Shown: positions 38,600 through 48,535 of the stretch, in pieces
How positions within the stretch are numbered: position 1 is the stretch's first letter
Layout of the letters: each line of letters starts with the position of its first letter
Notes under the pieces: model-generated
What the model was told of the DNA's origin: nothing
What the model saw: the letters and a program-made list of their open reading frames with translations, nothing else
The model's database searches: none
Source: Patescibacteria group bacterium
Lineage (GTDB): Bacteria > Krumholzibacteriota > Krumholzibacteriia > Krumholzibacteriales > Krumholzibacteriaceae
Length of the DNA stretch: 64,000 bases
Direction: 5' to 3'
Assembly: GCA_035529435.1 (NCBI GenBank)
Contig: DATKWS010000113.1
Location: 13,001-77,000, forward strand
Translations under genes and position numbers: made by a program

Positions 38600-39268
38600 T
38601 TACCGCCTTTCAAGGAGACGGCCGCGTAGTCGTGCGGCGAATACCAGCAGTTCGTCCTCCTTGCGGCGAATCACCCTGAGTAGGTAGTTGTACCCGACCA
38701 CCGCCGGGATCGCCGCTCCGAGACCGAAGATCGTCGTGATGAGCGCCTCGGCGATACCCGGACCGACGACGTAGAGGTTCGCCGAGCCGCGAACCCCCAT
38801 ACTGAGAAACGAGCTCATGATGCCCCACACCGTTCCGAGCAGGCCGAGAAATGGGGATATCGTAGCCGTCGTCGCGAGGAATACGAGGTATGATTCCCAA
38901 TCTGAAACGATCCGCGTGATGGTCGAGTCGAGATACTTTTCGATCACGTTGGGATCCCGCAACTCATCGGCATTACCTTCATTGACGACGGCGGAAACCA
39001 GCTGGGCCTCCGCACTGTCGGGAAGCCGCTCCAGGCCGTGATCGAGCCCGGTCAGATGCTTTGTTTCATTGAACAACGAAATAAAATGCGCTCCTTGTCG
39101 CTTTGACCGCCTGAAAAATCTAAATTTTTCCACCATAATTGTCCATGATACGACGGACAGGACGACGAGAATCACCAATATCGTTTTCGCCAGTGCTCCG
39201 GTATGCGCAATCAGCCCGGAGAAACTGTCGGATACCTGAAGAAAGATCGGAACACCCTCAAACCCCAT
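38600..39268 (-). CDS. tolQ: MotA/TolQ/ExbB proton channel protein
   Basis: Three TM segments and the conserved C-terminal LGLLGTVWGIMSSF motif. Start placed at MGFEGVPIFLQ. Confidence 0.8.
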   Translation of the reverse strand: MGFEGVPIFLQVSDSFSGLIAHTGALAKTILVILVVLSVVSWTIMVEKFRFFRRSKRQGAHFISLFNETKHLTGLDHGLERLPDSAEAQLVSAVVNEGNADELRDPNVIEKYLDSTITRIVSDWESYLVFLATTATISPFLGLLGTVWGIMSSFLSMGVRGSANLYVVGPGIAEALITTIFGLGAAIPAVVGYNYLLRVIRRKEDELLVFAARLRGRLLERR

Positions 39269-39650
39269 TGCGAAGCCTCCTTTCCCGACGTCACGGGGCA
39301 CATTACCATTGTACCCAATAGCGGTCAAGTTAGTTTCAATCTGTATCCACTGTGCGAAACGCCGCGGATCGCGTTCCAACGGGAACTTTCCCGCCGCTCG
39401 AACGTAACATACAGTGAGCAAACAAGTAAAGTTCTGCCCCGGTGCGGGCGGGAATACTGAGGGGATACAGGAACAGAATATGCCACTCCTTTCAATCGAA
39501 GAACGATATCGAGAAAGGTTGTTTGATGTGTGTTGACCTTGTAAAAAACGCCGATAACGGTTATACTATGAAAGAGTGGGGATTTCCGACGCCCCGGCGC
39601 GGAAAAACCACATCTGACGGAAAACGCAAAACCACCCCTGCTGAGAAGGA

Positions 39651-41483
39651 GTGAGAACAATGAAACGCCTGCTAACGCTCTTCCTTCTGGCTGTCCTGAT
39701 CGTGTCCCTGTTGTCCATGAATTCCTTCGCCCGTGCGTTCGAGTTGAAGAAATCGCGGAACGTCGCGGCGGTCACCGGGGACGATCTCGATGTGTCCGTG
39801 AGGCTGATAGGCGGCAAGGGCGCCGTGCTGAAGCCGGGACATGCTATCAATATCACCTTCCAAACCAGCAGGGACGCGTACGTCGTGCTGTACAACATCG
39901 ACAGCGAAGGATACGTACACCTGCTCTTCCCCGAGGACGGCAAACCGAAGATGGTGAAGGGACGCACGGTGTACTTTCTGCCCGAACCGGGAGAGGGAAC
40001 CTACTGGGAGGTCGGAGGCACGACGGGCATCGAGTATGTTCACGCATTCGCCGTATCCGATCGCAACATGCTCAAGGAAGAGGAACTCTACTTTCTCGCG
40101 CAGAGCAGAGAACTCGCCGAGGAGAAAAAGCTCAAAATCGACATGGATCCGTTCCTCGCCTTCAACATGATCGATGAAGAGGTACTGGTCGATGCGGCGA
40201 ACGCGGATCCGGCAACGGACTACACCTACTTCTACGTGAACCGCACGGTGGACTATCCGCGGTACCTCTGCGTCAAGTGTCACGGCACGGACAAGATAGC
40301 GGATCCCTATGCGATGGAATGCCCCGAGATCGTAATCGAGCGGGCCGCCTACGAGGAGGATCTGCATTACCCGTACCCGGAAATCTACCAGGTCAGGCAC
40401 GTGGGCGAGGAGGTCGATGAGGACTACTATACCTCGTCCGATTACGCGGAACGGGCAACGGACGATTGGGACGACGAGAACGAAGACAGCAACGTCTACC
40501 TCTCGATATACTACACCGACGCCGATTACCCGTACCGCATGTACTACCCGCACTACCGGTACTACGTCGCGTACCATTACCCCTACTACATGGATTGGTG
40601 GTGGGATTTCGGCTGGTCGTTCTACTGGACCGACTACTATTACTACCACTGGCCGTTCTACTCCTGGTACAATCCGTACTATTACCAATGGGCATACTCC
40701 TACCACTGGAATCCGTACCGGTGGCACGACTGGGATGGCTGCTACGCCGACAACTACCGCTACCGCGGCATCCACGGCGACCGGAATTTCGCGAAACGCA
40801 ACCTGCACTACACATCGACGGTCAACCGCATACGGCGCAAGGAAACGATCCTCGCAAGCCGCCTGACGCAGAAACGCCTCGATACGGCCGCGCGTACGCG
40901 GATCAACAGAACCATGCTGGACAAATCGAGGCTCGCGGACCGCGCGAGGCGGGGGGATGTCACGACCCGCGCGACCCGGTACCGGGATGATGGAACGACC
41001 GCCCGGAACAGGGACATCGAGCGGAGGGTCGTGTATGGGCGCGACAGAATGACGCGCCGGGAATCGACGACGAGATCGAGGGAAATCCGGGAGTCACGGG
41101 ACCCGCGTCTCAGGAAGGACAGCTCGGGCAGGACGATCCAGAGGGGAACCGAACGGACGACCGAGAGGCGCGATACCGGCAGGAACGTGAAACGGCCGAG
41201 CCCGGAACGCGGATCCACGAAGGGCAGGGCGGTCGATAGATCGAAGTCCGGGAAATCGTCCCGCTCGGTCGATAAACCGGCCAAGCGCGATAACACATCG
41301 CCGCGGTCCTCATCACGATCCATCAACAGGAGCTCTTCGACGCGGCAGTCCTCGCCCTCGACCGTGAGGCGCAGCGCCTCATCGAGCGGACGGTCCACGC
41401 CGACCCGGTCATCCGGCAGCCGGTCGGGATCATCGGGCGGATCCCGATCGTCGGGCGGGAGCGGTGGCTCCAAGAGAAAATAG
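39651..41483 (+). CDS. secreted protein: DUF4384-like N-domain + acidic stretch + Tyr/Trp/His/Pro-rich aromatic block + ~270-aa Arg/Ser/Thr-rich basic tail
   Basis: Signal peptide MKRLLTLFLLAVLIVSLLS. A VVLYNIDSEGYVHLLFP block typical of DUF4384. Extreme composition: YYPHYRYYVAYHYPYYMDWWWDFGWSFYWTDYYYYHWPFYSWYNPYYYQWAYSYHWNPYRWHDW, then RS/RT/RD repeats running to the C-terminal GSGGSKRK. Confidence 0.6.
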   Translation: MRTMKRLLTLFLLAVLIVSLLSMNSFARAFELKKSRNVAAVTGDDLDVSVRLIGGKGAVLKPGHAINITFQTSRDAYVVLYNIDSEGYVHLLFPEDGKPKMVKGRTVYFLPEPGEGTYWEVGGTTGIEYVHAFAVSDRNMLKEEELYFLAQSRELAEEKKLKIDMDPFLAFNMIDEEVLVDAANADPATDYTYFYVNRTVDYPRYLCVKCHGTDKIADPYAMECPEIVIERAAYEEDLHYPYPEIYQVRHVGEEVDEDYYTSSDYAERATDDWDDENEDSNVYLSIYYTDADYPYRMYYPHYRYYVAYHYPYYMDWWWDFGWSFYWTDYYYYHWPFYSWYNPYYYQWAYSYHWNPYRWHDWDGCYADNYRYRGIHGDRNFAKRNLHYTSTVNRIRRKETILASRLTQKRLDTAARTRINRTMLDKSRLADRARRGDVTTRATRYRDDGTTARNRDIERRVVYGRDRMTRRESTTRSREIRESRDPRLRKDSSGRTIQRGTERTTERRDTGRNVKRPSPERGSTKGRAVDRSKSGKSSRSVDKPAKRDNTSPRSSSRSINRSSSTRQSSPSTVRRSASSSGRSTPTRSSGSRSGSSGGSRSSGGSGGSKRK

Positions 41484-41520
41484 CGCCCCGCCGTACGGCG
41501 AAACGATAGCGTACATTACA

Positions 41521-41560
41521 TCACGCCGCTGCACACACGAACAGCGGCGTGTTTGTCTGT
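41521..41560 (+). terminator. rho-independent terminator candidate (10-bp perfect stem CACGCCGCTG/CAGCGGCGTG + TTTGTCTGTC)
   Basis: Hairpin at 41521-41550, followed by a T-rich tract. About 40 nt after the stop of the 39651-41483 gene, in a convergent intergenic region. Confidence 0.5.
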
Positions 41561-41632
41561 CGGAATCCCCGATCGGTTCGGTTGCAGGGGTAAATGCCGC
41601 TGCGTTCCGACGCACGGCGGCGGCCACCATGT

Positions 41633-42808
41633 TCAGGCGCGCCGGTAGGCATCGAGCAGGAACCGGTACCGCGCGCCCCCCGCAGTATTGATGACGATGA
41701 TCCGGGACGATGGATCGATCGTCCCTTCCGACACGAGCGCCTTGCACCCCGCCCATGCGGCGGCGCCCTCGGGTGATGGGAATATCCCCTCGGATGATGC
41801 AATCTCCCCCACCGCCCGCATGATCTCCTCGTCGGGAACCGCCACGGCCGCCCCCCTGCTTTCCCGCAGTGCGCGGAGAATGAGCCGGTCCGCACGCGTG
41901 GCGGGCACCCGGATACCGGAGGCAACGGTCACCGGATTGTCGAACGGTTCGGCACATTCCGCGCCGCACCGGAACGCGCGGACGAGCGGCGCGCAGCCGG
42001 TCGACTGCACGACGGCGAGACGCGGCTTCGCGCCCTCCAGCCATCCCAATGATTCGAGCTCTTCATACGCCTTCCAGATCGCCACGATCCCGGTTCCCCC
42101 TCCCGTCGGAAACAGTATCCAATCGGGTGACTCGCGGCCACACTGCGCCGCTATCTCGAAAGCGATCGTTTTCTTTCCCTCGACGCGACACGGCTCGCGG
42201 AAGGTGCTCAGAACAGCGGCGCGTTCGAGATGCGGCTCCGCCTCCATACGCCGCGCCGCATCGGGAAGTATACCGGGTACCTCCTCGACACGCGCCCCGT
42301 AGGCGCGGCACTCCTCGGCGACGCCCGGCGGGGTTTCCACGGGTATGAAGATCGTACAGTCGATCCCCGCGGCGGCCCCGTATGCGGCCAGTGCCAGACC
42401 GGCGTTCCCGGCCGACGGAAGATACGCTCTCTTGAGACCGAGGTCACGCAGCCGCGACACCGCCACGGCCATCCCCCGCGCCTTGAATGATCCGGTGGGG
42501 TTTCGGGACTCGTCCTTTATGAAGAGCCGCGGCGCACCGATCGCCGAGCCGAGGCGCCGCGCGTGCAGCATCGGCGTATTTCCCTCACCCAGCGAGACCT
42601 CTTCGCGAAACGGCGGGAGAAGCCGCCGGAACCGCCAGACACCGGGTCCATCACCGAAGAATGCTATGCGGTCGACGTTCTTCCGTACGAGTCCCAGATC
42701 ATAGACGGCGAGGAGCGGAGAGGCGCACGCGGGACACTCCCCGGCGCGGGAGCCGGCCGGAACCTCCCGTTCGCATCCGCTGCACCGGTATCCATCGAGA
42801 ATCTGCAT
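41633..42808 (-). CDS. thrC: threonine synthase (PLP-dependent, with N-terminal Zn-ribbon)
   Basis: N-terminal CSGC...CPAC zinc ribbon. PLP-Lys motif SFKARG. GNAGLALAAYGAAAG glycine-rich loop. Confidence 0.8.
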   Translation of the reverse strand: MQILDGYRCSGCEREVPAGSRAGECPACASPLLAVYDLGLVRKNVDRIAFFGDGPGVWRFRRLLPPFREEVSLGEGNTPMLHARRLGSAIGAPRLFIKDESRNPTGSFKARGMAVAVSRLRDLGLKRAYLPSAGNAGLALAAYGAAAGIDCTIFIPVETPPGVAEECRAYGARVEEVPGILPDAARRMEAEPHLERAAVLSTFREPCRVEGKKTIAFEIAAQCGRESPDWILFPTGGGTGIVAIWKAYEELESLGWLEGAKPRLAVVQSTGCAPLVRAFRCGAECAEPFDNPVTVASGIRVPATRADRLILRALRESRGAAVAVPDEEIMRAVGEIASSEGIFPSPEGAAAWAGCKALVSEGTIDPSSRIIVINTAGGARYRFLLDAYRRA

Positions 42809-42849
42809 GGTACCTCCCGAAGCTGCTTGAAAAGAATCGTGTATCAGTT

Positions 42850-43662
42850 ATGCTTATCCGGCCCTGCGTTGTCAACGAAACTATCGATGTCATGGAGTGG
42901 ATATCTCGATCCGGAATCCTGCTCGGCACCGTCCCCGCCCTCGGGGCCGTGGCGCCCGAGCTCCGCGTCTGGTGCACATCACGGCCGGGCGGCACGAGCC
43001 CCCATCCCTACGACAGCCTGAACCTCGGATCGGGGACGGGAGACCGGCCGGAACATGTTCGTGAAAACCGGCATCGGCTTCTGAGTGTGCTCGCCATTCC
43101 ACCGGAGCGCGTCGCACGCTGCGTCCAGGTGCACGGTTCGCGTGTCGCGATCGTGCATGGTGGGGGTACCCGGCGCGAAACGGACGGTCTCATCACGACG
43201 GCGAGGCGCCTCGCCCTCGCGATCAGTACCGCCGATTGCTACCCGGTGGCCGTGTACGCGCCCTCGGAAAAGGTGCTGGCGGCCCTGCACGTCGGGCGGA
43301 GCGGCGCCGCGCTCGGTATCATACGAACGGCCATCGAAACGATGGAGGACCGCTACTCGATAGATACACGGGGGACCCTCGCCGTCATCGGGGCCGGAAT
43401 CTGCAGGCGGTGCTACACCGTGTACCCGGAAACGGCGGCCCGCTTTCCCGCGAAGTACATTCACCGGCGCAACGACGCGTACTATCTCGATCTGCTTTCA
43501 CACTGCACAAACCAGCTCCTCGAGGGCGGATTGAAACGGCGCAACATCTTTCGCGCCGATCTCTGCACATCCTGCAATCACGAACTGTTCTACTCACACC
43601 GCCGGGATCACGGCAGAACCGGCCGGCACTGGATGCTGGCGATGATCGAACCGTCACCCTAG
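42850..43662 (+). CDS. pgeF: peptidoglycan editing factor PgeF / YfiH (DUF152, laccase-domain purine nucleoside phosphorylase family)
   Basis: Blocks PYDSLNLGSGTGDRPEHVRENRHRL, TADCYPVAVY and CTSCNHELFYSHRRDHGRTGR align with E. coli YfiH. Start chosen at the ATG at 42850. Confidence 0.7.
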   Translation: MLIRPCVVNETIDVMEWISRSGILLGTVPALGAVAPELRVWCTSRPGGTSPHPYDSLNLGSGTGDRPEHVRENRHRLLSVLAIPPERVARCVQVHGSRVAIVHGGGTRRETDGLITTARRLALAISTADCYPVAVYAPSEKVLAALHVGRSGAALGIIRTAIETMEDRYSIDTRGTLAVIGAGICRRCYTVYPETAARFPAKYIHRRNDAYYLDLLSHCTNQLLEGGLKRRNIFRADLCTSCNHELFYSHRRDHGRTGRHWMLAMIEPSP

Positions 43663-43973
43663 CGTCCGCGCCCCCCCAGCTTCCTTCTGACAGATTCGAT
43701 CTTTCCCTGCATCGTCAGGGGCGCATCGAGCCGGTCATCCACGATCACGGTCGTCAACACACGCTTGGCTCCATGCTCGAAAGGGACATGATGCATCCGC
43801 CGGACGGCCTCCAGGATGACCGTGAGGTCCCCCTCGAGAATCGTCGCCATCGGTGTCAGCTGAAACTTCACGCCCTCCGTATGCTCCAGTATCTCCTGGC
43901 ACTTCGCCACAGAGGAGCTCATGCTGGTAGAACCGGTGCCGACCGGAACGACCGAAACGGAACAGACCGCCAT
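43659..43973 (-). CDS. MTH1187/YkoF family (DUF77) thiamine-binding-like protein
   Basis: About 104 aa starting at MAVCSVSVVPVGTGSTSMSS. Typical DUF77 ferredoxin-like tandem half-domain. Confidence 0.65.
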   Translation of the reverse strand: MAVCSVSVVPVGTGSTSMSSSVAKCQEILEHTEGVKFQLTPMATILEGDLTVILEAVRRMHHVPFEHGAKRVLTTVIVDDRLDAPLTMQGKIESVRRKLGGRGR

Positions 43974-44174
43974 AATGCACCTCCACCGTACTGCTCGCCA
44001 CCCGCTCCCGCGCGCCGGAATACCCTGCGGCACGAGCCGGAGCGGCCGAGGCGCGGGTCGGAGATCCCCCGCACCAACCGATCAAACTCCCATACATCGT
44101 ACCAATGATCTGATTGACTTCGCCACCCTTAACCGGTATTCTCACCCTGCGATCATGCGAGAGAGGACGGATCG

Positions 44175-45326
44175 ATGCGCGGTAAGACAACGGATGAGAT
44201 AAAACCCTTCATCGTCATGGACGTTCTCGAACGGGCCCTCGCGCTCGAGCGGACCGGCCGTTCTATCGTGCACCTCGAAATCGGCGAGCCCGATTTCGCC
44301 ACGCCGCCCGCAATCGTCGACGCCTGTATCGAGGCGCTGAAAAATGGAGAAACCCACTACACGGACAGCAGGGGAATCCCGGGTCTCCGTGCTGCAATCG
44401 CCTCGTACTACGAACGACGCTACGGCGTGAAGATCACCGAAGATCGGGTTCTCGTCACGATGGGCGTCTCCCCGGCGCTCCTCCTCGTCCTGTCTATCCT
44501 GATAGAGGAGAATGGCGACGAGATCCTGCTCGGTAATCCGTACTATCCCTGCTACCCGAATTTCATCAGGTACATGCATGGAACGCCGCGCTTCATCTTT
44601 TCGGAGGCGGCGGACGGATTTCAGCTGAAACCGGCGGCCGTCGAAGGGGCGATCACCCCGAAGACGCACGCGATCATGATCAACTCACCATCGAATCCTA
44701 CGGGTACGCTGATGCCGCGCGACGACCTCGAGGCGATCTGTAATCTGGGCGTGGCCGTCATCAGTGACGAGATATACCACGGGCTCGTATACAACGAAAC
44801 GGAACATACGGCCCTGGAGTTCACCGAGAACGCGTTCGTACTGAACGGATTTTCCAAGCTCTTCGCAATGACCGGGTGGCGCCTCGGATACATCATCGCC
44901 CCGAAACGAGCCGTGAGACGCCTGCACATACTTCTCCAGAACATTTTCATATCACCGAATGCCTTCGTACAGCACGCGGGAATAGCGGCATTAACCAAGA
45001 AACACCCGGAGATCGAGGAAATGAGGCAGAAGTACGACGCCCGCCGGCGTTACCTGCTTCGTGAACTCCCGAAACTCGGGCTCCGGTATGCATTGGAGCC
45101 GAGAGGAGCATTTTACTTCTTTGTTGATACCTCTCATATCGACAATGATTCGCTCCGGCTCGCCTTCGACATACTGGAGAAAGCGGACGTCGCCCTCACA
45201 CCCGGCATCGATTTCGGAGACCGCGGCGAGGGTCACCTGAGGATATCGTATGCGAATTCGCTCGTGAACATCACCGAAGGCGTGCGGAGACTGGGCGTCT
45301 ATCTCACCGAGCGCGGTGCGCTGTGA
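44175..45326 (+). CDS. class I/II pyridoxal-phosphate aminotransferase (aspartate aminotransferase family)
   Basis: INSPSNPTG and NGFSKLFAMTGWRLGY (PLP-Lys) motifs. 383 aa. Confidence 0.8.
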   Translation: MRGKTTDEIKPFIVMDVLERALALERTGRSIVHLEIGEPDFATPPAIVDACIEALKNGETHYTDSRGIPGLRAAIASYYERRYGVKITEDRVLVTMGVSPALLLVLSILIEENGDEILLGNPYYPCYPNFIRYMHGTPRFIFSEAADGFQLKPAAVEGAITPKTHAIMINSPSNPTGTLMPRDDLEAICNLGVAVISDEIYHGLVYNETEHTALEFTENAFVLNGFSKLFAMTGWRLGYIIAPKRAVRRLHILLQNIFISPNAFVQHAGIAALTKKHPEIEEMRQKYDARRRYLLRELPKLGLRYALEPRGAFYFFVDTSHIDNDSLRLAFDILEKADVALTPGIDFGDRGEGHLRISYANSLVNITEGVRRLGVYLTERGAL

Positions 45327-45363
45327 TCGCGGCGGCCGGCAACGGGAAAAAGGGGGAGAACGT

Positions 45364-46044
45364 ATGAAACACACTATCCGGCTGGCAGCGGCGGCCCTCA
45401 TCGTCATGGTCCCCTGGACAGCCGCGCGATCCTTCCCGATCGGCGTCTCGGCGCGCGCGGGCATCGGCGTCAGTTACTACTCGATGACCGAGCTGGACGA
45501 TCATTTCGCCGTCGTCGCCCGCGACTTCGACATGATCATGCCGGAGCTGTCGAAGGGCGTGAACGTGATGCTGCAGGGACGGGTATGGTTTTTCGATTTC
45601 ATCGCGATCTCGGGCGGCTTCGCGCACTTCTGGGGCGAATCGAAACTCGATATCGGTGAAGTTTCTCCCATCACCTACAAGGCGCCGGCGAACGTGTACA
45701 CGATCGGAGGCGCGGTGCGCGCATTCTCCGTCACCGATGTGCTCGATGTCAACCTCGGGATCAACGGCTGCTTCGCGAAATCGACATTCGGCACCAACCT
45801 GTTGACGCCGCGCAGGCTGAGCGAGTACAAGGGAAACGATTGGGGATTCGAGCTGATCGCGGAGGCGGCCAGCAACTTCCTGTATCCCGTCGAGATCGGC
45901 GTTCAGATGGGGTACCGCCGTCTCACGGTGGACCACTTCGAGGACAAATTCGGTGATACCGCCCTCTTTCCCGAATCGACAACGGAGATCAAGCTCGATT
46001 ACGGCGGTCCCTTCCTTTTTCTCACCGCGGGCATACGCCTGTAA
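45364..46044 (+). CDS. secreted hypothetical protein (beta-rich, possible outer-membrane protein)
   Basis: Signal peptide MKHTIRLAAAALIVMVPWTAARS after the ATG at 45364. Alternating hydrophobic pattern. No family recognised. Confidence 0.45.
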   Translation: MKHTIRLAAAALIVMVPWTAARSFPIGVSARAGIGVSYYSMTELDDHFAVVARDFDMIMPELSKGVNVMLQGRVWFFDFIAISGGFAHFWGESKLDIGEVSPITYKAPANVYTIGGAVRAFSVTDVLDVNLGINGCFAKSTFGTNLLTPRRLSEYKGNDWGFELIAEAASNFLYPVEIGVQMGYRRLTVDHFEDKFGDTALFPESTTEIKLDYGGPFLFLTAGIRL

Positions 46045-46111
46045 GAACGGATTGACAATTCATCCGCCGTTCACTACCTTAACAACCTGGTAATGCGAAG
46101 GAACGGCCGGT

Positions 46112-46576
46112 ATGAAACTATCGAAAACAATCAAAAAATCGGCGATACGACTGCAGCTGCGTGCCGCAACGAAGGGTGAAGCTCTCGAGGAGCTGGTCGA
46201 CCTGCTCTGCTCGGCGTACAGGCTGAAACACCGGAAAGAGATTCTCGAAGCGATCCTCCAGCGCGAGAAAAAGCAGAGCACCGGTGTGGGAATGGGACTC
46301 GCCGTACCCCATGCGAAGACGCCGGTCGTCAGGAAGCTGTATGTTGCGTTCGCGAGCCACCGGAACGGAATCGATTTCGATTCGACGGACGGCGAGAAGG
46401 CCTGTCTCTTCTTCATCCTCGTTTCGCCCCGGGACGTCTCGGGTCCGCACATCAAGGCGCTCGCCAGCATCTCACGTCTCGTCAAGCACGAGGAGTTTAG
46501 AAAGGTACTGCTCTCGTGCCCTGATGAAAAGAGCTTTTTCGACCTGGTCAAAAAAGCGGAAGCGAAGTACCTGTAG
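46112..46576 (+). CDS. PTS EIIA type-2 (PtsN/fructose-mannitol EIIA family) protein
   Basis: 154 aa with the GMGLAVPHAKT active-site His context and overall EIIA-2 layout. Confidence 0.7.
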   Translation: MKLSKTIKKSAIRLQLRAATKGEALEELVDLLCSAYRLKHRKEILEAILQREKKQSTGVGMGLAVPHAKTPVVRKLYVAFASHRNGIDFDSTDGEKACLFFILVSPRDVSGPHIKALASISRLVKHEEFRKVLLSCPDEKSFFDLVKKAEAKYL

Positions 46577-46598
46577 CCGCATACGTGGAGAGAACATC

Positions 46599-47054
46599 GT
46601 GACAATCCGGGATTACATGGAACGGGATTTTCTGTCGGTATCTCCCCACGCTCCCCTGCGGGAGGTTGCGAGGCTCTTCTTCGAGACGGGCGAATCGTTG
46701 ATACCGGTCACCGAGAGCGATGGCACCCTGGTCGGTGTGATCGATATCGATGATTTCCTGTTGATATTCCTCCCCGAGTATATCGACCTCATACGGAACA
46801 TCGACTTCGTGCACGATTTCGGCGCGCTCGAGAAAAGCTCCTTCTCGATCGAGGAAAAGCTCTTCGTCGCCGAGGATCTGATGCGCGAGGACGTTCCGTT
46901 CCTCGATGAGAACGACAGCGTGATGAAGGCCGCCGCCGCCCTGCACAAGCTCGACCTGTCGCGCATGCCCGTCGTGAACGCCAACCGCCTCGTCGGCATG
47001 ATCAGCAAAAACGACGTCTGCAGGGCCCTCTACGAGATGAAAGGTGAGCAGTGA
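46599..47054 (+). CDS. CBS domain pair protein
   Basis: Two CBS motifs (IPVTESDGTLVGVIDIDD and MPVVNANRLVGMISKND). GTG start in frame at 46599, or ATG at 46617. Stop overlaps the next gene start. Confidence 0.65.
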   Translation: MTIRDYMERDFLSVSPHAPLREVARLFFETGESLIPVTESDGTLVGVIDIDDFLLIFLPEYIDLIRNIDFVHDFGALEKSSFSIEEKLFVAEDLMREDVPFLDENDSVMKAAAALHKLDLSRMPVVNANRLVGMISKNDVCRALYEMKGEQ

Positions 47055-48391
47055 CGACTCACGCGGTAACGGCACTCGTGATCTTTCTCGTCTCGTACGT
47101 TCTCATCATCACCGAGAGAATCCACCGTACCAAGATTGCCATCATGGGCGCCGTTCTCCTCGTCGTGTTCCGTGTCATGCCCCAGGGACGGGCCTTCGCG
47201 AGGATAGATTTCAACACGATCGGGCTCCTGACAGGCATGATGCTCCTCATCAGCGTGATAAAGGAGACCGGCATCTTCAGCTACGTCGCGATCAAGATCG
47301 CGAAGCGGACGAGGGGCGACGGCTGGCGGATACTGCTCTGGTTTTCGATCTTCACGGCCATCGCGTCCGCGCTCCTCGACAACGTCACGACGGTGCTCCT
47401 GATCGCACCGATAACGATCCTGATCGCCGAGATGCTCGATATCCCGCCCTTCCCGTTCCTGATCGCGGAGATTCTCGCATCGAACATCGGCGGCACGGCG
47501 ACGCTTATCGGTGATCCGCCCAACATTCTGATCGGAAGCGCCACCGATCTCTCCTTTCTCGACTTTCTGTCGCATCTCGGACCCGTCGCGGTCGTCGTGT
47601 TCGCCGTCACGCTGCTGTTCATACGGTTTTTCTTCCGTGCACGACTCACCCGGACGAACGTCGATTACGAACGCACCGTATCGGGAATGGATGAAACAAA
47701 GGTGATCAAGGATAGAACACTCCTCAAGCGCAGCCTGATCGTGCTGGGAATCACGATCATCGGATTTGTCATGCACGACACCCTGGGGCTCAAGCCGGCC
47801 ACCGTGGCGCTCGCCGGCGGGGGTGCGCTCCTGATATGGAGCGGGACGGATATCGAAAAACGCCTCGAGGAGATCGAATGGCCGACTCTTTTTTTCTTCA
47901 TGGGACTCTTCGTGCTGGTCGGCGGTCTCGAGGAGGTCGGCTTCCTCGAGAGGCTGGCCGGCGGCGTGCTCGAGATAAGCAGCAATATCGTCCTGCTCTG
48001 CATGGCCGTGCTGTGGATATCGGCGATCACCTCCTCGTTCCTCGATAACATACCGTTCGTCGCGGCCATGATCCCGCTCCTCGCCCGGATCAGCACGGCC
48101 CTGTTCCCCAACACGGAAGGTCTCGATGAAGCCGCCTACCATCTGTACTACATGGAACGGTCCATGCCGCTCTGGTGGAGCCTGGCCCTCGGCGCGTGCC
48201 TCGGCGGCAATGGCACCCTGATCGGCGCCTCGGCCAATGTGGTCATCGCCGGATTCAGCGAAAAGACGAAAAGCCCCCTGAACTTCAGGAACTATTTCCG
48301 CTACGGTTTCCCCCTTATGCTCATCTCGATCGCCATCTCGTGCGTGTACGTTCTTATCCGGTACCTTCTCCTCCGCCAGCCCGTGCCGTAA
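47051..48391 (+). CDS. ArsB/NhaD-superfamily anion permease
   Basis: 446-aa polytopic protein with a duplicated LLDNVTTVLLIAP / FLDNIPFVAAMIP pattern characteristic of the ArsB_NhaD permease family. Confidence 0.75.
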   Translation: MTTHAVTALVIFLVSYVLIITERIHRTKIAIMGAVLLVVFRVMPQGRAFARIDFNTIGLLTGMMLLISVIKETGIFSYVAIKIAKRTRGDGWRILLWFSIFTAIASALLDNVTTVLLIAPITILIAEMLDIPPFPFLIAEILASNIGGTATLIGDPPNILIGSATDLSFLDFLSHLGPVAVVVFAVTLLFIRFFFRARLTRTNVDYERTVSGMDETKVIKDRTLLKRSLIVLGITIIGFVMHDTLGLKPATVALAGGGALLIWSGTDIEKRLEEIEWPTLFFFMGLFVLVGGLEEVGFLERLAGGVLEISSNIVLLCMAVLWISAITSSFLDNIPFVAAMIPLLARISTALFPNTEGLDEAAYHLYYMERSMPLWWSLALGACLGGNGTLIGASANVVIAGFSEKTKSPLNFRNYFRYGFPLMLISIAISCVYVLIRYLLLRQPVP

Positions 48392-48439
48392 CGGTCGATT
48401 CCTGCTACCATGCGGCGCCGCGCCCCCAGGCCGTGGATG

Positions 48440-48472
48440 GCACGAGAAACGGGGAGGCGAATCGCCTCCCCG
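48440..48472 (-). terminator. rho-independent terminator candidate (stem CGGGGAGGCG/CGCCTCCCCG) with TTTCTCG tail on minus strand
   Basis: Perfect 10-bp stem at 48450-48472 with a 3-nt loop, followed on the minus strand by TTTCTCGTG. Downstream of the 48536 gene in a convergent gap. Confidence 0.45.
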
Positions 48473-48535
48473 CCGCACATCGATTCCCGGTTCGGAACCT
48501 GATCACTCTCGGGAATCCCCGCTTCTTTGCCGCTC

